Shown here one piece after another: positions 38,246 to 51,032 of a stretch of 64,000 bases of DNA; the first letter of the stretch is position 1, and each line of letters begins with the position of its first letter. The translations under genes and the position numbers were made by a program. The DNA comes from Torpedo marmorata (Eukaryota): contig OZ360220.1 of assembly GCA_977017645.1 (NCBI GenBank), forward strand, positions 157,852,001-157,916,000, read 5' to 3'. The notes under the pieces are model-generated. The model had not been told where the DNA came from, did not search any database, and saw nothing but the letters and a program-made list of their open reading frames with translations.

Positions 38246-38934
38246 GTATGCAGTGACTCCTTTGATTCTGCACCTCAATGCATCTAACTATAGTGATGTG
38301 TGTCCACAAAGGTGGGCTTTCTTTTTATTGGGTGCTTCTGTTTGGTTTTTGTTACTGAAGACTAAATGAAGTAATTCCTTTCAAATAATTCCTCACAAAT
38401 ATTCTTCACTGTCAAGACCTCTTTTCTTTTCCTTTGAGATTGTCACAGCTTTTTACTTTGTGACCCAGACTTTCTCCCCCTTGTCAGATTTATGCTCATC
38501 TCCTCCAACACCTCCTTCTCCATCTGAGAGAGTCCAGTTCAGGACATTATCTGATGTTGCTATTTAAAAATTCAAGCTGATATTTGTGGGGATGGTATGA
38601 CATAAAACCTGCTTCACAAATCTGTTTTATAGATTCCACTTTGGAATGGCCAATTTAAAATCCCAGTTAGTAACTCATGTGATTGTGGAGAAGGTCTTGT
38701 TAACACTGAGCCATTTTCACTGGTGTTGTATCTGAAGTTAACAGTTACAGTAGAAATAACTCAGATTGAATCTGGAGGAATTTTTGCCCCACTAGCAAGG
38801 GCAGCATTTATCTCCAATTGGATGTGAGAAAATGTAAGTGTTCAAGTATAATAAAAATGCTTCCACTATCCTGTTAGGTACCAAGTTCTAGAATTTGAAA
38901 GGATATTTTCATATTCTTTCATTTACATCATTTG

Positions 38935-39235
38935 AAAGAGGCCTTTTGGTCCATCGAAACCCGCTGATCCCATTGCCCTACTTATTTCCCCATAAACTAT
39001 TCTCCTTTACAAACCTATCAACTCCCCCAGATTTTCCAACCTCTCATCCATACTAATGGAAACTTACAGCTGCCAATTTAACTACCAGCTAGCATGTTTT
39101 TGTGATGTGGGAGGAAACCTGAGCACCCACAGGAAACCCACGTGGTCACAGGGAGAACGTACAAACTCCTTACCAACATCGGCGGATTCGAACCCGGGTT
39201 GCTGGTGCTGTGATAGCGGTACCCTAACCGTGCCA
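38935..39235 (-). mobile_element. V-SINE
   Basis: Reverse-complement V-domain GTGGGAGGAAACCTGAGCACCCACAGGAAACCCAC and B-box GGATTCGAACCC. Confidence 0.75.
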
Positions 39236-39489
39236 TGGGTTTTAACAACAATCCAGTTAATACCAAGACTAGTTTTATTCCTTATTTATTTAATGAGTTG
39301 AATTTAATTTCCTCAGCTTCCATGGGAGGATTTGAACTCTCTCAATCAGTGGTACATAACTCAGGCTATGAGTCCCATACTTGTGCTGCACTATTGTAGC
39401 TTGGTACTCTGGAGGAAATTGTCGTTACACTGATGAATGAAGTGTCGATGGTGTTGAGCTTGTGTGTTGCTGCTGCATCCAGCAAGCAA

Positions 39490-40342
39490 CTACTAACAAC
39501 AACCTCGCACTCAATGTCACCAAAACCAAGGAGCTGATTGTAGACTTCAGGAAGGGAAAACCAGTGGTGTACGATCCAGTTATCATTGTGGGATAAGAGG
39601 TGGAGAGGGAGATCAAATTTAAATTCCAGGAAGTCATTATCGCCGAGAACATTTACTGCACCCTACTAATGTCATCATGAAGAAAGCACGTCTGCGCCTC
39701 TACTTCCTCAGGAGTTTGCGGAGGTTCGGTATGACATCGAAAACCTTGGCAAACTTCTACAGATGTATGGTGGAAAGTGTGCTGACCAGCTGCATCACAG
39801 TCTGGAATGGGGGCAACAATACTGAACGGAAAGGTAGCGGACACATCACAGGCAAAACTCACCCCACCATCGAGAAAATCTACGTGGAACGTTCCTATCG
39901 GAGATCGATACCAGCCAGGATTGCCCTGTTCTACCTTTGCTACATAAAAGACACTGTTTGACCTGCTGAGTTTCTCCAGCATTTGTGTTTTTTACATGCC
40001 CTGTTCTTGCTACTGCCATCAGGAAAGAGGTATAGGTGCCACAAGACTTGTACAATCAAGTTCAGGAACAGTTGCTACCCCTCCACCGTCAGACTCTTAA
40101 ACAACAGACTCAAACAGAGTCTCACTTAAGGACTCTTACTTTGCACATTATTTATGACTGAATATTTTTTTCTCTGTATTTGCACAGTCAGTTTGTATAC
40201 ATTTCCTTCTTATTTACATTTCTCTCTTTTGTATACGTATTTTTTCTTGAGCATAGTTTACAATATCAATAAATAGAAAATCGGCCTGGCCCGCAGGAAA
40301 AAGAATCTCAGAGTTGTATGTGATGTCATGTATGTACTCTGA
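39490..40342 (+). mobile_element. Rex1/Babar-type LINE fragment containing a small PLE insertion
   Basis: Highly similar to 2480-3287; tail GACAATAAAACTTGAACTTGAA. Confidence 0.85.
39933..39996 (+). mobile_element. 64-bp extreme 3' end of the Penelope-like element, with 11-bp TSD
   Basis: Reverse complement of ~34439-34500. TGCCCTGTTCT occurs at 39922-39932 and 39997-40007. Confidence 0.85.
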
Positions 40343-43300
40343 CAATAAAACTTGAACTTGAAACGGTTCCATGTCGCTTCTGCCTCATGAGGTGTAGATG
40401 ATGTGATGTCAGAATGTGACACCTGCCGCAGAATACCCAGTCTTTGACCGAGAGAGAGCAGGCCAGCTCCACAACACGCCCTTTGATCTGCGGTTAGAGT
40501 GAAACGCTTAATGTTATTCATTGGTGGAAAATCAAGCAGAGGTGATGCCATTATTTTCAAAGGAAAGAAACGGTGTTCTCCTCTTTAATACTGTAATTAC
40601 CTGACTCCTGCATGCTGAAAATGTGATTTGCCAAGTCTAGTTCTTGCAGCATGCAGCCACTGACTCCTTCGCAATCTGAGAATTTCGCACCAGTGTGTTA
40701 AAAGATGTCTGTATTTGTATTATAGCGGGCATTTTCTTTTTTACTTAAAAATAATGCATAATTTTCTACGTGGAGAATCCTAAAAAACCAGGCAACGGCT
40801 GACAAAGTTCTCCTAGGGCTGTAGGCAAAATGTGTCGGGTTTGAAAACTAGAGTGCTGCAGGTTCAACGGGGACTTCATTCACTCCATGTAAAAATAGCT
40901 CTTGCAACAGGAATGTGAAGATCAGTGTGACCTATTAACCAGAAGGAGTTTTAATTGTTGGGGGTGTGTGGAAAGAGAGTGGAGCTTTATGGCCTGAAGT
41001 AGATAGTTTAATTTATCTGGGGCAGGCTATTGGAAGCAGCATCAGCAACCATCATTTATACCAAGCCGTTAACATCTTTCCTCATTATCGACAGTCTATG
41101 TATTTTCTGCTTTTATTCCAGATGTCCAATGTTTGCTGTTTTGTGCTTTTAAACTATTGCTTATTGTTAGTTCCCAGTTAAGCTGCGAGGTGAGAGATGC
41201 TACATGGTTAACCGTGAATACGGGTTGTTGGACTGCAGTGGAGGAAACTTCCATTTGAATGTGATGATGATTTAATTTCCTAATGTGGGAACTTTTTGGC
41301 ATCCATCGTACATTTAGGCTGCAGTCAATTAAACATTTAACACACTTCTGGTTCTGCATTCATTTAGTTTTTCCCAACGTCTGTCCTCCACAAGAATCAA
41401 CATATTTTCTATTGCACATTTTACATGCTTTGAGTGTTATTTACAGAAGTCAGCCATTATTCATTATTGTGAGAAATAAAAAATATCATTTACTTTTACA
41501 ATAGATTTGTTTAACAAGGAATCTTCAATGCAAAGTCAAAGAAATCTGGACTATTTTATCTAAACTGGTCAGGCGATCTTATAATGATAAAATAAACCAC
41601 ATGGAAAAATCCCCCAAACTATTGAACGTGAAAGTAGGTTTAATATTTCCGACATATATAGTTCTATCTTCACAGCTTTTTCTTGCCCTCCTTCCCCTTC
41701 CCTCTTTCATGGATCCTTGTGTACAGGAGACATATGATGGGGTCAAATCACAAGAAACTCTCATATCAGTTTAATCAATTTACTTAGCATTATAAATTTG
41801 GCTAACAAAGAAAAATGAAAATGGATTAAAAGAAACAAAATGTGAATCCTGCAAAGTGAAATAATGTAGAATTCTTTGTGCACCATCTAGCTGGTGTATT
41901 ACAAATATAGATTAGTGAGATCAATTGGATGATAATTGTTGGATTTCTCATATCTTGGTAGCATTTCAGTTTTGTGCACTTTCTGCATAATACCCTTTCT
42001 GATGTATACAGAATAACTGCAGTTATTGCTACATTCATGTGCTGTCTAGATTCTAGTGTCTACTAACAAATGACCTAATTCATTTAGCTTTATATATCAT
42101 AATAATCTGAAGAAAAGTTAATTTACTCATTATTGGTCCTTGTCTTGAAGCGAACCAAATCAATGGAGTGAAAAGTTAGTGTTATGCCTTGGCTACTCAG
42201 GTTGTTGTGCAAGCTTTTTATTGGAACCTATTATTTATGCAGATACAATCCCTACAATCTACAGTTAAAGAAGTGCTTAGTAGCTGTTTCAAGTGGCATG
42301 TACATTATCCTTCCTGCCTGTGAGCCATTGAAATGCTGGAGTCTTTCCTTTCAGTACTTGTGTAAAAATTGATCTTAATGGAAATTTAGAATCATCAAAT
42401 TCTGAAAGACTCATTAGTTTTGCATTCATTTAGTTTTGCCCATTGTCTGTCCACTCAAATTAACAACATTTCTATTGCAGTTTCCTCTGCTTTGAACATT
42501 ATTTACAGAATTCAGCTATTAAGAATGGGAAATTAAACTTTTGAATTTCTCTCCCTCCCAATGCAAATGATTTAAATCATGGCAGTTGAAACTCCGGAGC
42601 TTGTAGATGTAATGTTTGCCAAATGAAGGTGCTGATCGATGAAGCTAAATTCTGAAAATAATTAATTTACTGTGTAAGGATTTGCTTATTAGCATAATCA
42701 AAGCTGCGATATAAAGAGCTTACAAAAGTCACCAAGAATAAGAGGTGAGAACAGCTGCTGATGTAACCACTCAAGTTAGGATCAAGGGGTGAAGCTGCCG
42801 GTACTTGGGGTAAAAAAGGATTATGTAATTACTGCATCCATAGTTTGACATAAAATATTTTTCTCAAAAATTGTTCTACTGTGAAATAACTTCATTACAA
42901 CAAAATAATTCAAACTTAAGTGTTTCAAACTTTCTTGTTATAAGGTTCAATACTTTAAACTATTCTTTTCAACAATTATTTTGTTGTTAGAATGCAAAAT
43001 ACATTATTTTTCCAAGCTTGGTGTGCATTGTAATTCATTTGGTTCCTTAAACTAAATTTTCTACGTGTGCATGATGATTCCTCATTAATTGTTCATCGTT
43101 AATAATGTGTAATGCAGGACAAAGTGTATTAGCGTCTTATATTATAAAATATTCAATATAGTAAAAAAAACTACAATTAAGGAAATAATGCAAGCCTCTT
43201 CTAAAATAAAGATTATGCAATTCAATTGATTCATTATTTACTAGTCGTATATCTTGATTAGTGATAACAGAGAGAAATTGCACTTAATCTGCCTTTGACT

Positions 43301-45269
43301 GGAACTGAAGTTGGCTTCGCAGATGTGTGTTTGTGGGTTTGTGTGCATTGAAGCATTTTTCGCTTTAGTTTGTTAATTGCATACTAGTCTAGCAGTGAGC
43401 TGCAGTTACCTTTGCATTCATTTATTCCATGCAAGGCACGACAGAAAATGAGACCTATATACTTAAAACTGCGAGCCACTGGAATACTTCACACAGTCGG
43501 ATAGATGAAGGGCCTTTAGTCGGAATGGGGGGCAAAAATTGAAGGTCACTAATTTGCTTTCTTATGATGAGTTCGTATTGTTTGAATTGAATTAATTATT
43601 GTCATCTGTGCCATCCAAAGCTTTTTACTGGTTGATACTTATTCACATTTTTATTTAACATTTAATTTGCTGGCTGCTATGAAATATAAAATGTAGTATT
43701 CATGTGAAAGTGCAGGAGTAGAAATCAAATTTGTATTAAAAATGATGTGGCTTTATATCATCAAATTTCTTGAAGCCAATACATGTGTTAGTGCTACTGA
43801 AAGGTGTAACTTTATAAGATGCAAATCAGATCCTATAAGTAGCAGTGGATATACAAGCAGAAAAATCTGACCACAAAATATTTTCTCAATGCACAATTGC
43901 TTAGTTTATTAGAAGCTGAAGACAGTAGTTATAATATTTTAAAGCTTTTCTATGCAGATGATGAGACAAGCTGTTTTTCATCATTTGTCAACTGCTTAAC
44001 ACATCTGCCAATGTTATTGTGGTTTGCACAGGCAAGATAGAATTTTAAAAATGCATGCATGCGGATTAGGGTCAAGCCCTGTGTTTTTCTAATACAGTAG
44101 GTTCGCTGATACAACTGCAGAAGTAGATCTAACCAACAGCGGTGAGATGCCTTAATTGAGACATGCTGTCAAAGTGACAAACACATTTGCATATAGTCTA
44201 TTTATTTTTGCTGTAATGGCCTGCAGTTTGCTGTTGGTTGAACATTCTTAATCAGCCTGCTCTAGCGAGCCTGCTGAAAGCTGTCCTCTATACTGTACTC
44301 TTCTACATTGCCTGACAGTTTGTCTAAACAGGGAAGGAACAGAAAGCTGATTTTTTTTTGCTATTGCTTTTGCCATTTTCGTATTCAATCAGCGGGCACA
44401 TTTATAATCCAAATGCCAGCGGACTTGTTTGCTTGGATAGAGCACATGAAGTAGAAAAGCATTTACACAGACAACCAAAAACTGTTCAAAATGCTCTCCA
44501 TTCTGCAGATCTGTCACATATTATGATCTGAATATCAATATCCTTTGAAAATTAGACTTTGCTCTTCAAAAAATGACTAGTTTCAAAGAAGAAAATGGGT
44601 GCCAGCAGATCAGGAAATCAGAGCCCTGCACTCTTGGCATTTGACTCTGTACAAAGTCCATGCAGGTTTTCAAAAATTTGCATTATCCAGATATCTTGAA
44701 AAAATCAGGATATTGCTATTCAATTTTAGAGTCATAATTGTGTCTTAATAATATTCACAAACTGCTACTTGGCTGTAATAATTACATTATCTGAAATTCA
44801 GAATTTTTTCAGATGACTTCAGTAACTCTGCAGAATTCCTTACCCAAGCATAAAATGATTCCAATTATCTTTAGTATTTAATTCTTTGCCTGCTGGTCAA
44901 TCCCCAGCTGAATTTTACCTGGAAATTTTAAAACTTTAGGTAATATTACTGGATGTCATTAAGACCATGGGTGATTTTCACATCCAATATTTCAAAAAAA
45001 TTATATAGTTCATGGGGGATATTCATTCTATAGTGACAAAGTCTAGAGCACCAACTGAATATAATCTTCCTTAAGTGCTGTTCTGTTGCCTTGCATCGAG
45101 AGGCAAAAATTGACCTGCCTCAATGTTAATTATATAAGCTTTGCTTCTGTGAGAGAATACTGAGGAAGCTTTCTTTTTACGAAGAAAATATGGAAGGATG
45201 TTATTTTGACCAAATTTAATTCTCCAGCTGTGTCAACCACTCTCCTAACATATCAACATACTTACTACA

Positions 45270-46120
45270 ATGCAAATGGAGGCTCTTCAGCCCATTGAAT
45301 CCATCCCAGCTTCTTGTAGAGCCATTCCCCTCACTTTATTCCCATGTAGCCCTGCAGCTTGTTCTCTTTCTCATGCCTGTCAGCTCCTGTTTTTTGATTC
45401 TTTTGCCACTTGCCTAATCTAAAGTGCAATTTACAGTAGCCAGTTAACCAGCCAGCCTAGCTTCTGGACATGGAATGAAAGCAGGGAACCTGGAGGAACT
45501 CCATTCTATTATGTTGAAAACACACCAAGCCCACACAGACACCAGAGGTTGAACGTTGATACAATGGCCAAAAAAATGCACCAGTACTTCTCCTTCCTCA
45601 AAAGCCTGAGGAAATTGGCATGACTGCAGGTGCACCATTGAAAGTATTCTGTCAGGGTGCATCACTGTGTGGTACAGCAACTGCTCCGTCAAGCCCACAA
45701 GAAACTGCAGAAGGTTGTAAATGTGGTTTAGTCTATCATACACACCCGCACCCCCCTCCACCGACTGCATCTACAACTCCCACTGCTTTGAAAAAGCAGC
45801 CAACATATTAAGAAACTCATCCCACCCTGCCACCTTCTCTTCACCCCCCTCTCATTAGGAAGAAGATTCACAAGTGTGAGATCACGCACCATTAGATACA
45901 AGGACAGTTTCTTTCCCACTGTTATCAGACTCCTGAATGAATGCCGAAATAGTAAAATGTTGCCTTTGCTACGTACCAACTGATCTCTTACTATAACTTT
46001 GCAATTCTATTTTTTACTATGTCTTCCTTGTATTATGTATGAGATGTCTAATGGTATGTTCACAAAACAACCTCCATCGCTGTATTTTCTATACTCGTGT
46101 CAATAAACTTGAACTTGAAC
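45270..46120. mobile_element. Old V-SINE (- strand, ~45270-45545) followed by a Rex1-type 3' fragment (+, ~45560-46120)
   Basis: GAGGCTCTTCAGCCCATTG SINE tail; Rex1 GCITVWYSNC motif and CAATAAACTTGAACTTGAAC tail. Confidence 0.65.
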
Positions 46121-46351
46121 CAGCTTCTGTGATCCCATTGCTCCTGCCTGGAAACAACACATTCTTCTGCCAATGGTGCACTGATGCCCTTCTGGAAATT
46201 CAACTGATGTTGTGAACTGAGGAGTTCTCTGCTTGCTACTGCTGTTGAAGTGTTTCATTGGTCTCAGTAGTTATCTTGTCCAATTACCTACAGTCTGCTC
46301 ACTAACTTCCCACAGCAAAACCAGTTTAGTATTAACTGCATGCCTTCTAAC

Positions 46352-47108
46352 CAGATCAGATCAGATACTATTTATTGTCATGTAATAAAACAGAAATGTA
46401 ATATTGCATGAAATTGCCTTTAGTCTGCCATAAGGCAGACAAAGAGTCACCATGAGCATTGCCTGGCGCACCTTACACTCAGAGAAAAACCTGAGTTGCC
46501 GAGTGTCTGAGAATTCGCCTGCAGCTCTCCCACAGCCTCTGCAGCCTCACAAGACTCCAGTTCAAACCCTTGGCAATCCATGGCCAGATCCAAATCTCCA
46601 ACATGATGAGGAAGCCTTTAGCGCCCAGGGTCCCTCGGGAGCCCTTCTTGCCCTCAGCATCCTCTCAAATCCAGTTTCAGTCTCCAGCAGCTCGGTGTGA
46701 GTCTTTTGACCTCAAGTCACCAGCAGTCCACAGCATATGTGGGTTCCTCAACCGCAAGTCGCCAACAGCCCGCTGTGTGTGCCCTTCAGCCGCAGAGCCC
46801 CTCGCTGGTCTGCCACCGTGGTCACCATCCTTAGGGTCGTTTCCTCTGCTTCTCCTCAATGGGAGGTGTTTTCCCCTTTACTGGTGCCCTGTGCCAGTCC
46901 GTTGCTCCCCTGGAGTCTGCAACCCCTCAAGGCCGCTGCTGAACACAGATGCCGCCATCTTGGGCCCAGACCCCTCATTCGCAGGCTGTTTAAAGCCTAT
47001 ACAGAGCCGTCGGCAGTTGGACTGGGTGGTGGGACCCCACGGAGGAGCACTGTGTCTCTGCTCCCCGCTCTCTCCAGATTGGCATCAGTGGCAGCGCTGC
47101 CATGTTTT
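46352..47108 (-). mobile_element. Diverged subfamily copy (copy 5) of the ~0.8 kb non-autonomous retroposon
   Basis: Collinear with copies 1-4: AACATGGCAGCGCTGCC head, internal CCCAAGATGGCGGC, ATGACAATAAA, but a (TCTGA)n tail. Confidence 0.8.
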
Positions 47109-47159
47109 TTTTCCTCTACATTCATGTCTAAAGAAATTATATATCATTAGAAAAATAAA

Positions 47160-48720
47160 CCACGTTACACTGAGCTTTGTGGAACCCTGTTGCAACAGCC
47201 TGTGGTCACCAAAGTGCATGCAAGCCATTACTCCTTGCTCCCTGCCACTAAACGTATCTTCAGTCTAACTTACCACCTTCCCATTCATCCCATGGCTTTT
47301 TAGGTCACCGATCTTCCTGCATGCATTATGCTCAGCACCCTCTCAATTACCTTCTTGATATATTAGCCGTTGGTCAGGCACAATCTGCCTTTAAGAAATC
47401 CATGCAGACTGTTGAGTAATCCAAGACTTTGAAAATGGCAATTATAAAGTCATCTCAGATTTTTTTTATTGGTATAGGTTGAAACTTTAGGTTCAACTAT
47501 AGGTTGAACCTAGCCCTTGGGACTAAACTAGTGCCAGACTATGGATAATACAGACCCAATCATGTTCCTCTGAGCAGGAGAACTGTTCTTTTTCAAGTAG
47601 AGACACTCCCAGATTACATAAGGGTTCAGAGAACCACCTGTAACCCGAAGTTTCCATGATTCAGAAACACTTTCAGCTGAGATCACCAAAGTTACAGTGG
47701 TAGGTTAATTAGCTGAAGATTAATACGAATCTTAGTTAATTTTAGATCTTAGTTGGAATCAGTTAATTAGTATGGATCTGTACTTCAGATTCAAAACATG
47801 TCGGACCACAGAATGCCAGACTAGTTTCAACCCGTAGTTTTCCACCACTGAAGTTGAGTTGACTAGATAATGATTGCAAAATCATTCCCTTTTTCCTGTT
47901 AAATAATGGTATAGTATTAGTTGTCCCTAACATAATGCTGATTTGAAGATGCTGAACTCCTTTGATTCCAATCTCTCTGTTCATGTTATTCATGTTCAAC
48001 ACCATTCATATTTCATACTCCGTCCAAAACGCTGTGTATACATTGTTCCCACTAATCCCCAAGAAAACAAGGCATGACAAACCACACTCCAGTCTTCTTC
48101 ACACATTGCTGTTTCAGTCTCTAATAGACCCAACTCTGTCCTTAGTTGCCCTTTCTCTGCTGCCTTAACTTTGTTCCCTTTCTTCTTGGAGTTCTGTAGC
48201 ATTAAGCTCTTGGGTTCTATCATGAGCCGGCCTGATTCCCCCTTGTCATTCAGAGACTGGACATGATCATATCACCTTCCTCCTTTGTGGAAACATTTGC
48301 CCTGGACTCTCACTATTTTCTTCTTGAATGTCACTCATCACACTGATGCAAATTAACCTTCAAATAACTGCTTACATTCTGCTTTTGTTAAATTACATTT
48401 CTGTTTGGTAAAATGGGCCTTTCCTCAGGAAGAACCTTTGCTCTTGGTCTCTCCCTCTTCTTTTCTTTACCTGCACCAAACTTCTGCTATCCCTTCCACT
48501 TGTCCTGCTTAACTCCCTGAAACTAGTCCTGAATTACAGTATGCCCAGTGCCTTCCCACCTACCTGAAGAAAGGCTCTCCTGAATACATTTTTAAAATTC
48601 TATGCTTTCTATGTCATTTACATTAATTTAATCCCAGTTAATATTGGAATAACGAAATATGCTGCTATTACCACTCGATCATTTTCGCACATTTCTATCA
48701 CCTATAATATGTTAATAATC
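47160..48720 (-). mobile_element. Very old CR1 remnants
   Basis: Patchy RT/APE-like segments (e.g. GGCACAATCTGCCTTTAAGAAATCCATGC resembles the CR1 QHGF region on the - strand). Confidence 0.45.
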
Positions 48721-49861
48721 CACAATATCCACTGTAATACACTCAGTCATTATAATCTTGTATTTTAAATAAATAAATTGATACAGAAACGAGACTGGAG
48801 TTCTCAAAGGAGTTGCCACTGCTGACCTCTGAACACACACAGCATATTGTCATCGTTAGAAAGCATCCCAGCAGTAAATACTCAGTACTGCAAGTAATAC
48901 GACAGACTACTCGTGAATTCAAATTGCTTCTGGCTCAGTCCCAATCTGCATCTCGTTACATGATCTTTGACAGAGAATGTCTTGGTTGTTGGGCTTTCCA
49001 TCAAAATGTTTACCAGCTATTATTTTTTGGCATGGAGAAAACTTGGCACAAATTTGTTGAATTAATTCATCTTTGAATTTTCTAAAGCTCAGGTTTAAAT
49101 GATTGTGTTAGTGTAGTTTGAAAGGAGGTTAATTCAAATAGTTATGCAAATACAACTTATTCATTATGTTGATTTCTGCCTGGAAAGGTATAAGATTACG
49201 GAGTTGGGAGGGCAAGCAATACAATAAATTTTAGCTAATTGAAGTAGTGGAAGAATGAAGATTTTATACACACATTTCCCTGAAGGTAGCAAGCCAAATG
49301 GTTAATGCAGAATATTTCCCTTTATAGGCTAACACACTGAATTTAAGAGCGGAGCAGTGCTGTGTGTAGTTCTGGACACCATGTGTTAGCCCTAGCATAA
49401 GAGGGGTTGCAGAGGAAATTTGCAAGGAAGTTACCAACGCTGGAGAATTTTAGCTCTGAGGAGCATAAACCATTGACAAAAATGTAATTTTTTTCTTTGG
49501 AACATGGGTCGCTGAAGGAAAGGTGTGCACAATCGTGTACAGTTTGAATAGCAATGGTCTATTTCCCTTGGCATCAATGACAATAAACAAGGGCATAGAT
49601 TTAAAATAATTGGTGGAAGAATTAGATGAGTTGGGAGGAAAAAAAATTGCCTGGAGAGTGGTGGAAATCTGAAATTCTGTACCATAAAGAGTGGCAGAGG
49701 CAGAAACTCTTATCCTGAAAAACCTTTTGCAAAGCTACAGAGGAAGAATGGGAAGTGTGATTACTCAAAATTCTGGGAAATTTGACTTTAAGGAAGGACA
49801 GGTGGGAAAGTGGGGTGGTTCTCCCAAATATGGATGAAATAAGTTCAGACAACATATTATT

Positions 49862-50100
49862 GGGCGGCGCAGTCAGTGTAGTGGTTAGCACAATGCTATT
49901 ATAGCGCCAGCGACCCGGTTTCTAATCTGGCGCTGTCGGTAAGTTTTTCCGTTCTCCCCGTGTCTGCATGGGTTTCCTCCGTGTGTTCCGATTTCCTCCC
50001 ACATTCCAAAGACATACAGGGTTGGTAGGTTCATTGGTCACATGGGTGTATTTGGGCAGCGTGGGCTGGAAGGGCCTGTTACTGTGCTGTATCTAAATTA
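49862..50100 (+). mobile_element. V-SINE, full length
   Basis: tRNA-like head GGGCGGCGCAGTCAGTGTAGTGGTTAGC, V-domain GGGTTTCCTCC..TTTCCTCCCAC, tail GGGCTGGAAGGGCCTGTTACTGTGCTGTAT. Flanked by old CR1 remnants (~49120-49800, ~50250-50885). Confidence 0.8.
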
Positions 50101-51032
50101 TAATAAATGCAAAATGCATTTGGGTGGAAGGAAAACAGAGCAAGGAAAGTGAGACAGAGTGGTGAGTAGACCTCCAAGCAGTAGCCACACTGTGGGAGCA
50201 AGTAGAAATCAAGAAATAACGAGGAGTGTAAAAATAGTGCATCAATCTTGGATAACTATAAATGTCATGTGGGTAGGGTTAATCCGATTGAGAATAGTAG
50301 TCACAGAGTGAATTCATATAGGGTATGCAGGAGGGTTTCCAAAAAGAATATGTCATGGAGCCAACAGGCAGTTTTGGATCTGGTAAGAGGTAATGTGAGA
50401 GAATTAATAAATAATCTGGGAGTAAAAGATCCCCTGCAAAATAGTGATCACAGCATGATGAAAATCAATCACTTAGCTCGAGAAAAAAGGGGGAATTATA
50501 AAGGAACGGAGATAAAGATAGCCAAAGTGTTCTGGCCAAATATATCAGCAAGTAAGAAAATACACACCTGGTGGCAGATCCTTGAGGAGATAATCCATGA
50601 CTCCGGCAAAACTATGGTGTGTTGATGAAGTAACCATGGTAAGTAAGGAAGTTAAGGAGAGTTATACGTTGAAGAGAAAACATACAATGTAAAATACAAT
50701 GTTAATAGTAGGTCCAAAGGTTGGGATAAATTCGACTGACAAAGAAGGGCTAAAAATTAAGAAGAAAATTAATAATGAGGGGAAATTAATGAGAAATATA
50801 AAAAGTGGTAAAATGAGAGTCAAAGTGAACTTAAAGCCCCTTGGAGAATGAGACTGTGGAAATAGTTATGGGAAACAAGGAAAGAACAATAATCTGGTTT
50901 CAGGTTGAGGGATATTCAATGGCCACGACTCCAAGGCCAACTGCCAAGGCTGTCTTTAAAATATTGTCATGATTTTTTTTTACATCTATCCAAGAGGCAG
51001 GTGGGTTTAATATTTCTTTGGAAAGATGGTAC

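Noticed and set aside
47488-47512. Short palindrome TAGGTTCAAC-N5-GTTGAACCTA (and a similar 10-bp stem near 13516-13546)
   Set aside because: Too short to distinguish from chance in 64 kb; no supporting context.
49862-49935. tRNA-like sequence
   Set aside because: It is the head of a V-SINE, with a degenerate B-box and no full cloverleaf.
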